A stretch of DNA of 64,000 bases from Candidatus Dojkabacteria bacterium (GCA_016931155.1 JAFGFJ010000010.1:564-64563), one strand, 5' to 3'; shown: positions 50,810 to 61,955, counted from the first letter of the stretch. Program-made: numbers and translations. Notes: generated by a model not told the origin, from the sequence alone.

Positions 50810-52603
50810 ATGAAGATTTCAAGTATAAAAAAGGTTTTTCAACAGCATAATTGGTTCGAAGTTATTAAAAAGCCGGAGAAAATTTTCAAACCCAAAGAAA
50901 GAATATATTTTATTCTGCTTTCTTTACTGATTGTTGCTCCACTTCTGAAACCAGGTTTTGTGCTCACCCTGGACATGATCTTTACACCAAACATGACTTT
51001 TCAAATACCGCCAGTAAGCGGTCTGTATTCTTTCGTTCCACTTGATACTGCCCTATTTCTACTGGCAAAAATTATCCCTGCAGATATTTTACAAAAAATA
51101 TTTTTGCTGGTTTTGTTTTATCTTATCCCGACCGGATTTTTCAAGTTTTTAAGTATTTTTAAGAAAGAAAAAAAGGATTTATTCCTCAGACTTCTCACAT
51201 CAACACTCTATCTGTGGAATCCTTTCGTTTATTCAAGACTAATGGCCGGGCAATGGACACTTCTTTTCGGCTACGCTCTTCTTCCTCTGTTTATTTACCA
51301 TCTTGTCAAATCTTATAAGTCAAGAAATACCGGAGAGACTTTCAATAGAGACTTTTGGGAAAACATTTTGTATTCCACCCTCCTTTCTTTGATCATTACC
51401 ATTTTTAGTCCTCATCATCTTGCATTTATTTTACTGATTTTTCTAGTCTATTCATTTATAAAAATTATCAGCAGAACAAAGGGCGGAGTTAAAAAAATTT
51501 TAATCCTGGCTCTAGCTCAGATTTTAATTCACTCTCTGTGGATAATACCCACTCTTATTTCAGGAAAAGCAAAAATCACCTTCGGAGAGAAAGATTTGTT
51601 AGTTTTTGCTTCCTCTCCTGATTCCAGTCTTGGAACATTTCTAAATCTATTTACAATGTATGGATTCTGGGCGGAGAAAACACTGTTTTACCTGCCAAAA
51701 CTCATAATTCCGTTTTGGCCTCTCCCATTTTTTATTTTGATCTTACCAATTATTTTTCTTTTCTTTACTTATCTTCCGGAAAAAATCCGAAGAATTTTTG
51801 CCCTCCAAAAGGAGCCCTTCAAGAAAAACAGAGATATTATATTGACCTCATTTCTGATAGCATTGATTGGTCTTGTTCTTTCTCTTGGCTCCATGGGAAT
51901 TGCAAAGCCTGTTTTTGATTTTTTCTATTTGAAGCTAGGTTTACTTAATCCCTTCAGAGAACCACAAAAATTTTTGAGCCTTTATATTTTCGGTTTCTGT
52001 ACTCTGTTTTTCCCGGGAATGAAAATCTGGGTGAGCCAGATAAGAAATGAGCACCTCAAATCTCTTGAACAATTCAAAAAAAGAGAATCGGAAAAGATAA
52101 GAAGAATTCTGGAAAAAGCAATAATTTTTGGTTTCTTTGTGCTGATTTTCTCCCTCACCTGCACACTTTTCTGGGGAACTGCCGGACAGCTGAAAACTGC
52201 TTACTACCCGCAATCTTACACAGAACTAGATCGACTCACGAAAGGCACTGATTCTAAAATCCTAGTTCTTCCATTCAAGTCTTATGACTTTTTCCCTTTC
52301 AACAATCGGAGGATCGCAAATCCCGCACCAAAATATTTCAATGCAGAAGTATTTTCAGATGAAAAGCTCGTTGAGATTTCTGGAACAAACTGCGATGCGT
52401 ATATAAGCTCAACAAATTCATGTTTGAAAAAATCAGATTCGGTTGAAGTATGGACTGATGTTATTAAAAAATCAGGAATTGATTACATATTAGTAAATAA
52501 AAATAGCGACTTCCGGAGTTATTCATTTCTTGAAGATAGAAATTATAGCAAAAAAATTCTGGAGGATGATTATGCCTATGTTCTGGAATTATCTGCAGAG
52601 TGA
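50810..52603 (+). CDS. Polytopic membrane protein, GT-C/AftD(DUF3367)-like
   Basis: PGFVLTLDM, LYLWNPFVYSRLMAGQW, YALLP, FREPQKF, YPQSY, KILVLP. Confidence 0.75.
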   Translation: MKISSIKKVFQQHNWFEVIKKPEKIFKPKERIYFILLSLLIVAPLLKPGFVLTLDMIFTPNMTFQIPPVSGLYSFVPLDTALFLLAKIIPADILQKIFLLVLFYLIPTGFFKFLSIFKKEKKDLFLRLLTSTLYLWNPFVYSRLMAGQWTLLFGYALLPLFIYHLVKSYKSRNTGETFNRDFWENILYSTLLSLIITIFSPHHLAFILLIFLVYSFIKIISRTKGGVKKILILALAQILIHSLWIIPTLISGKAKITFGEKDLLVFASSPDSSLGTFLNLFTMYGFWAEKTLFYLPKLIIPFWPLPFFILILPIIFLFFTYLPEKIRRIFALQKEPFKKNRDIILTSFLIALIGLVLSLGSMGIAKPVFDFFYLKLGLLNPFREPQKFLSLYIFGFCTLFFPGMKIWVSQIRNEHLKSLEQFKKRESEKIRRILEKAIIFGFFVLIFSLTCTLFWGTAGQLKTAYYPQSYTELDRLTKGTDSKILVLPFKSYDFFPFNNRRIANPAPKYFNAEVFSDEKLVEISGTNCDAYISSTNSCLKKSDSVEVWTDVIKKSGIDYILVNKNSDFRSYSFLEDRNYSKKILEDDYAYVLELSAE

Positions 52604-52707
52604 ACCGGAACATTTTCATTTATCTAACACAGGTAATGAACAGGTATGGGAAATTAATTCGACATATAGTATAATCGCCCCACAAAATATCTTTTATTAA
52701 ATTTGAT

Positions 52708-53220
52708 ATGGGTGGTAATTTGAGACCCAGAAGCGATGAAATGGGAGATGGCATTGAAACCGAAAAGTTTCTTCGGCTGAAAGACTTTGATCATGCTTAT
52801 GAATTAATACTGGAATTAGAAGATAATCTTCACGGATTTCTTCTTCCGGATGATAAGAAAACCGAAAACCTCAACACTCTTAAAAATATCATGGACGGGA
52901 AATTTATTTTATGTAGGAGGGAGGATCCATGGGGTATGAACCTTTTAAGTGAGCAGGCATCAACCGCAATCTTAGTCTTTAATACAAGAAACACTAATAT
53001 GTCTTCCGGAGAGCAAAATACTGTCAGTATTGTCAATGAACAATTTAATGCTTTCTATGAAGCTGGAGATACCGGAGGAATGGTAAGGTCAATCAACAGA
53101 CTGGGTTGGCTGGCAGAAAGTTGTGATCAGGTTATTGCGAGATCTGCAGAATCCGCCCAAGAGACGATAGTGTCCCAGTTTAAAGACTATTTTGCCAGAA
53201 CAAAAAAAGCTTCTGCTTGA
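52708..53220 (+). CDS. Hypothetical protein
   Basis: 170-aa ORF after a TATAAT; ends just after an A7 run. Confidence 0.6.
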   Translation: MGGNLRPRSDEMGDGIETEKFLRLKDFDHAYELILELEDNLHGFLLPDDKKTENLNTLKNIMDGKFILCRREDPWGMNLLSEQASTAILVFNTRNTNMSSGEQNTVSIVNEQFNAFYEAGDTGGMVRSINRLGWLAESCDQVIARSAESAQETIVSQFKDYFARTKKASA

Positions 53221-53404
53221 GATGGACTTTTTCGTAAGCCCTGATATCGATCGCTCAACAGCACAATACAAAGCACTACCAACGAAAACAAAAGATTAAG
53301 AGAAACCGGATATAAACTTATAGCAAATTAAGTAAGTATATAGTATAATCATCACACTGCCGGAAAATTTTCCACTGCTCGGATTTTAATTTACATGAAA
53401 CGAA

Positions 53405-54637
53405 ATGAGTCCTGATAATATCTCTGGAGATACTAATGTGTCCGCAGCCCAAAGAAATAAGACAAAGAGAGAAGGAGAAAAAGCATCCTCTGAAAAGCCT
53501 ACCAGAAGAGAAGAATTGCACATATTTAGGACTGCCTTGTTGTCTTCTGTTGGTACTATGCTGGCTACGGGGTGTTGCTGCGTCTGTGCAAGCTTAAGTC
53601 TGTATGATCTGACGGATGGATCAGTAAAGTCCGAGAGTCTGAGAGGATTGGTAGTCCCTGAACCAACGAGAACACCAACAGCAACACGTACTCCTCTGCC
53701 AACAGCAACATTCAACCCTACCGCTACCCTGGATAGCCGTCCGTCTTATGAAAGACAAGGATTTGAACTTGATAGAGATTGTCTGGAACATGCCATACCA
53801 TTTACAAGAATAATAACTGACTTGCCTGAAGAGGAAGCTGAAGGTCTATCCGAAAAGATCCTTCCTTTCCTTCCTGAGGCTGTCAAAAATGATAATATTA
53901 CAGATACGAAAACGAATGAAGGAACAGTCACATACGTATATTCACGTGCCCTGAATGGAATTATCGCTTTTAGGGAAGTTGATGGGAAAGATCTGAATAC
54001 ATACAGTACAACTCTTGCATTATTAAGGTATAACAAGAAAACAAAAGATTTTGAATTGTTAAACAGTCTCTTTAAACCCCAACGAAACAATCAAGGAGGA
54101 TGGGAATATCAGGTCCCGCCAGAGGATTTGAAAAATGAGGCTGAAGACAATCCTTATGACTATTTTTATGTTGCCCTTCAAGTTTTCCTGAATAATGGTT
54201 TTGATATAAAAAGTGAGTGGAAAAATGATCCACAAATGGTTTTGGGAGAAACCATTGGAATAGAGCCGTTCAAATTAGAGAAACCTTCAAGGGCAGGATA
54301 CCCAACAAAAACTCCAACTCCCCCTGAAAGTACAACACAGGAGCCTAAAGCGACTCAGAGACCAGCAACCCAACAGCCGGAACCAACTCAAAGACCAACA
54401 GATATTCCTGTTCCTACAAGCCAGCCGGAACCAACTCAAAGACCAACAGACATTCCTATTCCATTATCGATAGCAATAGAAGACTTTTATTTCTACAAAA
54501 ATATACCTTACTTTAGAATAGAAATTGACAAAATCCCCCAGAATTTCAGGCCGTTTTTTGAAGGATACAAACAAAAGAAGGGAAGGATTAGTATTTCTCA
54601 ACAGTCTCTTTGGGAGATTATAAATAGCGTTAGTTAA
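53405..54637 (+). CDS. Membrane-anchored surface protein with Pro/Thr-rich linkers
   Basis: TM with CCCVC, PTRTPTATRTP and QPEPTQRPTDIP repeats. Confidence 0.7.
   Translation: MSPDNISGDTNVSAAQRNKTKREGEKASSEKPTRREELHIFRTALLSSVGTMLATGCCCVCASLSLYDLTDGSVKSESLRGLVVPEPTRTPTATRTPLPTATFNPTATLDSRPSYERQGFELDRDCLEHAIPFTRIITDLPEEEAEGLSEKILPFLPEAVKNDNITDTKTNEGTVTYVYSRALNGIIAFREVDGKDLNTYSTTLALLRYNKKTKDFELLNSLFKPQRNNQGGWEYQVPPEDLKNEAEDNPYDYFYVALQVFLNNGFDIKSEWKNDPQMVLGETIGIEPFKLEKPSRAGYPTKTPTPPESTTQEPKATQRPATQQPEPTQRPTDIPVPTSQPEPTQRPTDIPIPLSIAIEDFYFYKNIPYFRIEIDKIPQNFRPFFEGYKQKKGRISISQQSLWEIINSVS
54373..54462 (+). repeat. Intragenic 48-bp tandem duplication
   Basis: cagccggaaccaactcaaagaccaacaga(t/c)attcct occurs twice, encoding QPEPTQRPTDIP. 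Confidence 0.85.
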
Positions 54638-54654
54638 TTTTTATATTAAAAAAC

Positions 54655-56544
54655 ATGCAAAAAAAACATAAATTTCTAGCAAAGTTGATAGCAGGACTCA
54701 CAGCTTTTAGCTTATTCGGGTTCACTATTATTTCAGTTACAAAACCTGAAAAGGTAAACGCTGTATTTGATGAATGCGCTCCAGATACTTTGTGCTTCTT
54801 TAAAGATGTAGCCGATTATTCGACAAACTCCTGGGAAGCAAATGCAGCAAATGGAATAGCAGGAACAGAACATGCATTTAGAATAGGAATCTGGAATACA
54901 ACATCAGATCCAATTTCAAATGTAACAGTACAGGATACCCTTCCTGGCGGACTTACATACATTCCTGGAACACTTACTGTTTTCCCGGAAGGAACCTATA
55001 CTGATACCGATCTATTTGCAGGAGGAATAAATTTTGGAACCTTTGCAAGCGGTGATTCTATTCAGATGTCATTTAAAGTTGAAATTGATAACGTTTTCGT
55101 TCCAGGAAATTATTCTTATACTAACTCCGCTTCAGTAAGTGCAACGGGCGGATACAGTTCGAGTAACACAGCCACAATAAATGTAACTGTGGAAGATTTC
55201 CCTCAAGATTCAGGTCTCAACGCTTACTACTACAATAACAAGACCCTGTTTGGATCCCCTACATTCACAAGGGTAGATCCAGTTGTTAATTCGCCTCAGC
55301 TTTCTTGGTCTCTTTTTGGAGGATCGGGAGGAGGACTTGGAGGTGATAACTTTTCAGTTAAGTGGGAAGGTCAGGTAATGTCAAACTGCTCAGGGCCAAT
55401 CACAATAAAAACAAACAGCGATGACGGTTTGAGAGTCTTTTTGAACAATCAGTTGATCATCGACAAATGGTTTGACAGAGAACAACCCGTTCCTCTTGAT
55501 TCTGCTGATGTAAATCTCACTGCTGGAACCTGGAACAACATTCGAATTGATTACTATCAGCATGGAGGAGGCTCAATCGCCCAACTTTTCTGGAACTCTA
55601 CTTGCCAGACAGGAGGAGCTGATCAGATTATCCCTCAGCAAAATTTGAGACAGACATATACCGGAGTTATAAATTATGGGCTGACAGGAGAATATTTCAA
55701 TAATGAAAACCTTGCAGGAAGCGCTGTCCTGAATAGAACTGACCTTGGAATCAACTTTAATTTCGACCTTGGAAGCCCTGCTCCTGGAGTAAATATTGAC
55801 AAGTTCTCTATTAAGTGGACCGGAATGTTGACTACAGATTATTCCGATACTTACAGATTCTGCACAACCAGCGATGATGGAACACGCCTCTGGATTGATG
55901 ATGTAAACGTCATAGATCAATGGACTACTCACGGTCTGACAGAGTACTGCGGGAATATTGACCTGACAGCTGGAACGCACAATATCAGGATGGATTACTT
56001 TGATCATTATATTGACGCGGCCGTTGAATTGAGATGGAGTTCTCCAAGCCAGACAGGTGGAGTAAATGAATACATTCCTCTTGATAAGCTATACCCTATA
56101 GGTTATACAGGAAGCAACTTTGGATTGAATGTGGAATTTTTTAATAACACTTCTTTTTCAGGAGTTCCTGTTTTGACAAGAGTTGAGGGACCAATACTTT
56201 TTGACTATGGAACCGGCTCTCCTCACCCTGTAGTAAATTCCGACAATTTTTCAGTAAGATGGAGTGGGACACTTAAAGCATTGGAAACAGGAAATTACAA
56301 CTTTATAGTTTACTCTGACGATGGAGTAAGAGTCACAATTGACGGAGTCGTAAGAATTGATCATCTCGTGAATCAAAGTCTTTCAAGAACGGAGACGGGC
56401 CCAATCGCCTTGACAGCAGGAGATCACAGTATAGTTGTAGAATATTACGATAGTGCTGAAGCTGCGGGAATATTCTTTGTCTACACCACTCCAAGCAATG
56501 GAATGGAAAGAACTGTTCCGCTAAGCGTATTGCTACCAAACTAA
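54655..56544 (+). CDS. Secreted DUF11 + 3x PA14-domain protein (lectin/adhesin-like)
   Basis: Signal peptide; VQDTLPGGLTYIPGT (DUF11); three GL..YY/FNN..FSV.W.G..SDDG modules. Confidence 0.88.
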   Translation: MQKKHKFLAKLIAGLTAFSLFGFTIISVTKPEKVNAVFDECAPDTLCFFKDVADYSTNSWEANAANGIAGTEHAFRIGIWNTTSDPISNVTVQDTLPGGLTYIPGTLTVFPEGTYTDTDLFAGGINFGTFASGDSIQMSFKVEIDNVFVPGNYSYTNSASVSATGGYSSSNTATINVTVEDFPQDSGLNAYYYNNKTLFGSPTFTRVDPVVNSPQLSWSLFGGSGGGLGGDNFSVKWEGQVMSNCSGPITIKTNSDDGLRVFLNNQLIIDKWFDREQPVPLDSADVNLTAGTWNNIRIDYYQHGGGSIAQLFWNSTCQTGGADQIIPQQNLRQTYTGVINYGLTGEYFNNENLAGSAVLNRTDLGINFNFDLGSPAPGVNIDKFSIKWTGMLTTDYSDTYRFCTTSDDGTRLWIDDVNVIDQWTTHGLTEYCGNIDLTAGTHNIRMDYFDHYIDAAVELRWSSPSQTGGVNEYIPLDKLYPIGYTGSNFGLNVEFFNNTSFSGVPVLTRVEGPILFDYGTGSPHPVVNSDNFSVRWSGTLKALETGNYNFIVYSDDGVRVTIDGVVRIDHLVNQSLSRTETGPIALTAGDHSIVVEYYDSAEAAGIFFVYTTPSNGMERTVPLSVLLPN

Positions 56545-56551
56545 AACAGAA

Positions 56552-56608
56552 GAGGTCGGTTTGAGTACTCCTTTGGCTTGTACATAGGCAGACAAAAACC
56601 GACCTCTT
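56552..56608. terminator. Inverted repeat after the PA14 gene
   Basis: AGAGGTCGGTTT ... AAACCGACCTCT stem with a long loop. Confidence 0.5.
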
Positions 56609-56645
56609 GTTATAAATATCCTGCATATTTATAAAATAGCTTTCT

Positions 56646-57770
56646 ATGAGGAAAATAATAAATCAGAAATACCCCTTGGTATCAGTCCTTGTTGTGAATT
56701 ACAATCAGCCCGACTATACAGTAGAGTGCTTGAATTCACTTGCAGAACAGACCTACCCGAATATTGAAATAATTCTGATTGAGAATGGGTCGAATAGAAG
56801 TTCGGTTAAAAAAGTACGAAAATTTCTTGACGCCCTTCGGAGTAAAAATACTTCATACATCAAACAGATAATAGTTCTTCAAAACAAAACCAATCTTGGT
56901 TTTGCAACTCCAAATAATCAGGCCTTTGAAAAATCAAACGGTGAATATATTTTTCTCCTAAATAACGATGCATACATCAAGAAAGATACGATAGAAAAAG
57001 CCATAAGCTACATGAAGAAAAACCCTAAAGTTGGAGTAGTACAAAACACTATTCTCCTTACTAAAAATCCAGGACTTACTGATTCAACAGGATCTTTTCT
57101 GACACGTACAGGCTTTCTTATTCATGAAGGTCACAAAGAAAAAATAACCAAAAGTAAAAAACCAAAAGAAGTTTTCAGTGTAAAAGGAGCAAGCATATTT
57201 ATAAAAAGAAAGGTTATCGAAAAAGCAGGATATAAAGTTGAAAGCAAAGGTAGAGGAGCCGATCCCATCACGTCTGAATCAAGTTACAAAAAGGCGATTT
57301 TTGACCCAGACTACTTTGCATACTTTGAAGAAACAGATTTCTGCTGGAGAGCAATCCTTGCAGGGTTTAAAGTAGTTTATCTGCCCAGGGGAATTACTTT
57401 TCACCAGCTTGGCAAGACAACGGAAAAGCAGAAATCGGGTCTCATTCAGTTCCATTCATTCAAAAACCGGCTAAACTCTCTTATTAAAAATCTTTCTTTC
57501 GTCAACCTCATTCTTATTCTACCTCTTCATCTTTTAATAATAATTGTTTTGGCATTCGCTCATTTATTTGCTCTTAAATTTTCTTCATTTTTCGGAATTC
57601 TAAGAGCACTTTTGTGGAATCTTGTTCACCTCGTGCATACTCTGAAAAAAAGAAGTATAGTACAAAAAAAAGTAAGGAGTGTAAAAGATAGTTACATTTT
57701 CTCAAAATTAGCGATGCGGTTTGATCTTAGTTGGGCAATAAATTTCACAATTTCGTACGTAAAAAGTTAA
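56646..57770 (+). CDS. GT2 family glycosyltransferase (WbbL/rhamnosyltransferase-like)
   Basis: VSVLVVNYN, NLGFATPNN, LLNND, FAYFEETDFCWR. Confidence 0.92.
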   Translation: MRKIINQKYPLVSVLVVNYNQPDYTVECLNSLAEQTYPNIEIILIENGSNRSSVKKVRKFLDALRSKNTSYIKQIIVLQNKTNLGFATPNNQAFEKSNGEYIFLLNNDAYIKKDTIEKAISYMKKNPKVGVVQNTILLTKNPGLTDSTGSFLTRTGFLIHEGHKEKITKSKKPKEVFSVKGASIFIKRKVIEKAGYKVESKGRGADPITSESSYKKAIFDPDYFAYFEETDFCWRAILAGFKVVYLPRGITFHQLGKTTEKQKSGLIQFHSFKNRLNSLIKNLSFVNLILILPLHLLIIIVLAFAHLFALKFSSFFGILRALLWNLVHLVHTLKKRSIVQKKVRSVKDSYIFSKLAMRFDLSWAINFTISYVKS

Positions 57771-57821
57771 TCATTTCTGTGGTATAATCGACCTATAATA
57801 TTTTTCCTTTTCTGTATACTT

Positions 57822-60800
57822 TTGGCAAAGATTTTCGATTTTTTTAAAAAAGCAGGAAACTCATTTTTTGAGTATTACAAAAATCACTACCTTCTTCTTG
57901 AAGTATTGATTATTGTGATCATTGGTCTTACCCCTCTTCTCTGGTTTAAGTCCTCAAATGAGATTTTAATTGGTCATGACAGCGGATTTCCTCTTGCTCC
58001 AATTGAATGGTTTAGTGGAAGATTTGAATCATGGACTGAAAAATACAACTTGGGAAGTGACCAGTCATTAGCATTTGGCAGTTTGCCAATTCATGGGATT
58101 GAAGCCGGATTATCAAAACTCGGGTTTTCTATTTTTACAGTTCAGAAACTTGTTTTCATCTTCTGGTTTACACTTCCCGGTCTTTCAATGTATGCTCTCT
58201 CCCGCTATCTTATAGGAAAAGACAGAAAATATGCAGCATTCAGAATATTTGCAAGCACTTTTTATATGCTCAACCACTTCCTTCTTCAAGGATGGTTCAT
58301 CGCTGAAAGAACAAAATTTTCAATAATTGCTGCAACTCCGCTGACTGTTCTATTTTTGCTAAAAGGACTGGACAGAAAAATTACAAAACTGGAGTCAATT
58401 TTTGCAATCAATCTTATCCTTTTCTTCCTGAACGGGGGAGGAAGTGGATTTACTCTATACGGAGGTCTTATCCTTGTTATATCAGCAGTACTTCTAGGCT
58501 ATTTAATAATAAAAAGGATAAGTTTTGGAAAATTACTTATGTACATCTTCGCATTTGGCTCTGTATTTTTTCTTATGCAGTCATACTGGATAATCCCCCA
58601 GATTTACTACGCTGTAAACAATTTTTCAAATGTTATTGCCACTTTTGGAGGCGACAATAACCTTATCACATGGGCAAATGAGATAAGCAAACACACAAGC
58701 CTATGGAATCTGGCAAGACTTCAAGGAGTACCTGACTGGTACGACAACCCTTCACATCCTTACTCAAACATATTTTTAACAAGTATATTTTTTAAAATAA
58801 TTGGAATACTCACTCCAGTATTTGCCGGGGCAGGGTTTATCATCTATTCAAGAAAAAAAGAATTTAATAGACATCTGGTCTGGCTATTTATTCTTACTCT
58901 GTTTGCCCTTATTTTTACGGCAGGTACTCATCCACCATTTGGATTTATCTACGAATTTATGCTTAAAAATGTTCCCTTTTTTTCGGTCTTCAGAACTCCT
59001 TTTTATAAGTTTGGTTATGCTCTTTGGTTTGCTTATTCAATACTTGTTCCTCTTACGATAAGTTATCTTTTCAGAGCAAAATTTGTTGATCTGAATTTCA
59101 CTATCTCATCCAGTAAAGATCCAAAAAAGGTTTCAATTCCATGGGAGATTGGCGGAGCAATTATTCTTACAGCAATCATTATTATCTACAACTATCCTTT
59201 CTTCGCCGGAAATTTTTTCAAATGGAGAGACCCGCTGACAACAAAAGTTGATCTTCCAGGATACGTAATGGAATATGGGGAGTGGGCAAAAAATGAGCCC
59301 GCAGAAACAAGGATTCTCCTTCTTCCAAAACTCAATGAAGCAGAACCTGCAGATATTTACAATTGGGGCTACTACTCTCTTGAACCTTTACCTTCACTGC
59401 TTTCAAACACATCTATTGTCTCAAACAATTTCAACCTGACAATAAACCAGGAAGAAAAAGAAACTGTCAGTCTACTCTACGATTCCCTCAAAAGCTCTCC
59501 ACAAACCTTTGACAACCTTGCAATAAGGCTTGGAATAAATAAAATACTTCTAAGAGAAGATTTTTTTTACAATTACGGAGGGAAAGATAACAACTCACCA
59601 GAAGATATGGAAAACCTGCTTGAACAGACTTCTTTTAAACAGGTAGAAAAATTTGGGGAATGGATTATTTACGAAAACCCTGCGGAGACAGAACAGGTAA
59701 AAACAATTGATAGCCCGATAGAAATCCAATACGAACAGACCACGAATCTGGAGATAATAAAAGCTATTCTCCAGGAAGTCAGGAATAAGCCATTTATCAG
59801 GACGGATATTATTAGCAACCCAACAGAAACTGAAACCGAAGAGCCAGATAAACTCATATTCCTCGACACAGCAAATCTCGCAAGTATAGACCCGAAAGAT
59901 GGCAGCTTTACCTATGAAATCTTCAACAGGATGAACTCCCCGGAACTTGTTATAAATCCTGTCTCTATAAGTAGTGCAAGTTACAATGTCAGTGTTGAGA
60001 AAAATGCCGGAAAACTGATTATTCATTTCTCTACTCCGGAAATTATTATTGAGTATGCAAACGGAAGAAAAATTGTTCCCTCAAACCTATTCTCAAAAGA
60101 ATTATACGTAAACACAAGTGGACAAAATATTGGAATAGTTATAAATGGGCAAATTTTTAAAACAGAAAACATAAACAATGGACAAATTGTGAAACTGGGA
60201 TCAATTCAGTTCCTGCCTGGAGAAGAAATCCTTGACATAGGAATTTTTGAAGAAAGCGAAGGGCAGGTACTACTTGGGCTTGATTTTGAGGATGACAATA
60301 TTCGCGATAAAACCGGAAACTGTGGAGGTGAATCACAGAATGTTTCAAGCAAAGTTACACAATCTGAAGGCTCCCAAGGAAAATATTTGGAACTTAGTGC
60401 AAAGAACGCAGTTTCGTGCTTGAGACTTCCCCTTGATCTCGCCAAAGAAAAAACTGTTTATAAATTAAGTTTTGATTATTTTATGCTTTCTGGTTCTTCT
60501 CCAAGTTTGTGCGTTCTACAACAGAGCGACACCGCAAGCAACTGTATCCCAGATATAACCGTAAACGAGGCTCAAAAGGGAAAATGGGAGAGCTACCAAA
60601 CTGTTTTCGAGACAGAGGAAGACATCAAGAAACTTATTCTTCACTTTTACGCAAAATCCGATCAAGAAGAGACCATTATTGCGTACGATAATATAAAACT
60701 CTCAAAGATAACTGACCTCGGATCCGGAAGCGTAACAGCTGGGGATCTTGCCAATCTATTTAAAGAGAAGACCATAGTCAAATTAAACGATTTTGGAGGG

Positions 60801-61790
60801 AACAGGTTAAAGCTCAGAACAGATATTTTTAGCAGCAATGAGACAATTCAGGATGGATCATTTGAAAATGGACTTTGGGGAGGAGCTTCTGTGTGCGGAA
60901 CTGATAGCAACAAAGAACCGGATGTCTTTGCTTCCTTTTCACAAGACCGAACTGAAGGAGAAAGGTCATTGAAGCTTGAGTCAAATTCGGGAACAGCTTG
61001 TGTCAGGAATAAAATTGAAAATTTCTCAAAAAACGCAGTATATAAAGTAAGCTTTGATTACAAAAATCTTGAAGGTGAAGCACCGAGATTCTGTTTACTT
61101 CAACTTGGATCCTCAAGGGAATGTCTCCCCTATGTGGAACTAAATAAAGCACAAAAGTGGCAGAATTATTCTGTCCATGTAATACCTGAAAATGACGCAT
61201 CTGGTCTGGTTATCCATTTTTATTCAGATAAGGGAAGCAAAAATCTTTTTGATAATGTTATAGTTGAAAAAGTCGAAAGACCTTTTGGGCTTGGATATTT
61301 AAAAGAGTTCGCAGTTGAGCAAAGTCCAAAAGGTCTTGTCCAAACTTCTTTTACAAAAATAAGTGCTACAAAGTACAAAGTAAGAGTCAATAGTCTCAAT
61401 GATTCATTTATTTTAGAGCTAAACCAGGCTTTTAATCCTGGCTGGAAAGCTTATGTTGCATCAGAAAAAAACAGTAAAATACCTGAGTTTTTCAAATTCC
61501 TTTTCGATAAACCTGTTCCAGAAAACAATCACTATGCAATAGATGAAATAAAGAACGGATGGTTAATTGAAAATGCTGGAACAGGAGTAGAGATCACTCT
61601 GGAGTATTTTCCCCAGAAGATTTTTGTAGTATCAGTAGTAATTTCAATAGTAGTATTTGTCACAGTCTTTATCACAACACTTTCTATTTTCCTGAAAAAC
61701 AACTACCAGGCATTAAAAAAGACTCTATGGAAAGAAGATAGACTGAAAGCACTTGGAAAGAAATTGGACAAAATTATCGTGGAGCCATAA
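57822..61790 (+). CDS. Large GT-C/AftD(DUF3367)-like membrane protein with CBM-like extracellular domains and YfhO-like C-terminus
   Basis: GHDSGFP, FYMLNHF, FRTPFYKF, RILLLP; two galactose-binding-like modules (YKLSFDY/YKVSFDY); LNQAFNPGWKA...NGW..YFPQ. Confidence 0.8.
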   Translation: MAKIFDFFKKAGNSFFEYYKNHYLLLEVLIIVIIGLTPLLWFKSSNEILIGHDSGFPLAPIEWFSGRFESWTEKYNLGSDQSLAFGSLPIHGIEAGLSKLGFSIFTVQKLVFIFWFTLPGLSMYALSRYLIGKDRKYAAFRIFASTFYMLNHFLLQGWFIAERTKFSIIAATPLTVLFLLKGLDRKITKLESIFAINLILFFLNGGGSGFTLYGGLILVISAVLLGYLIIKRISFGKLLMYIFAFGSVFFLMQSYWIIPQIYYAVNNFSNVIATFGGDNNLITWANEISKHTSLWNLARLQGVPDWYDNPSHPYSNIFLTSIFFKIIGILTPVFAGAGFIIYSRKKEFNRHLVWLFILTLFALIFTAGTHPPFGFIYEFMLKNVPFFSVFRTPFYKFGYALWFAYSILVPLTISYLFRAKFVDLNFTISSSKDPKKVSIPWEIGGAIILTAIIIIYNYPFFAGNFFKWRDPLTTKVDLPGYVMEYGEWAKNEPAETRILLLPKLNEAEPADIYNWGYYSLEPLPSLLSNTSIVSNNFNLTINQEEKETVSLLYDSLKSSPQTFDNLAIRLGINKILLREDFFYNYGGKDNNSPEDMENLLEQTSFKQVEKFGEWIIYENPAETEQVKTIDSPIEIQYEQTTNLEIIKAILQEVRNKPFIRTDIISNPTETETEEPDKLIFLDTANLASIDPKDGSFTYEIFNRMNSPELVINPVSISSASYNVSVEKNAGKLIIHFSTPEIIIEYANGRKIVPSNLFSKELYVNTSGQNIGIVINGQIFKTENINNGQIVKLGSIQFLPGEEILDIGIFEESEGQVLLGLDFEDDNIRDKTGNCGGESQNVSSKVTQSEGSQGKYLELSAKNAVSCLRLPLDLAKEKTVYKLSFDYFMLSGSSPSLCVLQQSDTASNCIPDITVNEAQKGKWESYQTVFETEEDIKKLILHFYAKSDQEETIIAYDNIKLSKITDLGSGSVTAGDLANLFKEKTIVKLNDFGGNRLKLRTDIFSSNETIQDGSFENGLWGGASVCGTDSNKEPDVFASFSQDRTEGERSLKLESNSGTACVRNKIENFSKNAVYKVSFDYKNLEGEAPRFCLLQLGSSRECLPYVELNKAQKWQNYSVHVIPENDASGLVIHFYSDKGSKNLFDNVIVEKVERPFGLGYLKEFAVEQSPKGLVQTSFTKISATKYKVRVNSLNDSFILELNQAFNPGWKAYVASEKNSKIPEFFKFLFDKPVPENNHYAIDEIKNGWLIENAGTGVEITLEYFPQKIFVVSVVISIVVFVTVFITTLSIFLKNNYQALKKTLWKEDRLKALGKKLDKIIVEP

Positions 61791-61955
61791 ATAGTAAGTC
61801 CGTATTATCCTGTATTGTTTATAGCTTAATACTTCAATCTCGTTATTTAATCAGTATCTCTACGATACGATATTTCCAAACACAGCAGATTCTCTGAATA
61901 GCGATAAATGACAGAAATGATTTTTTATTTCCTGAGAATTTGTTTTAATCAATAC

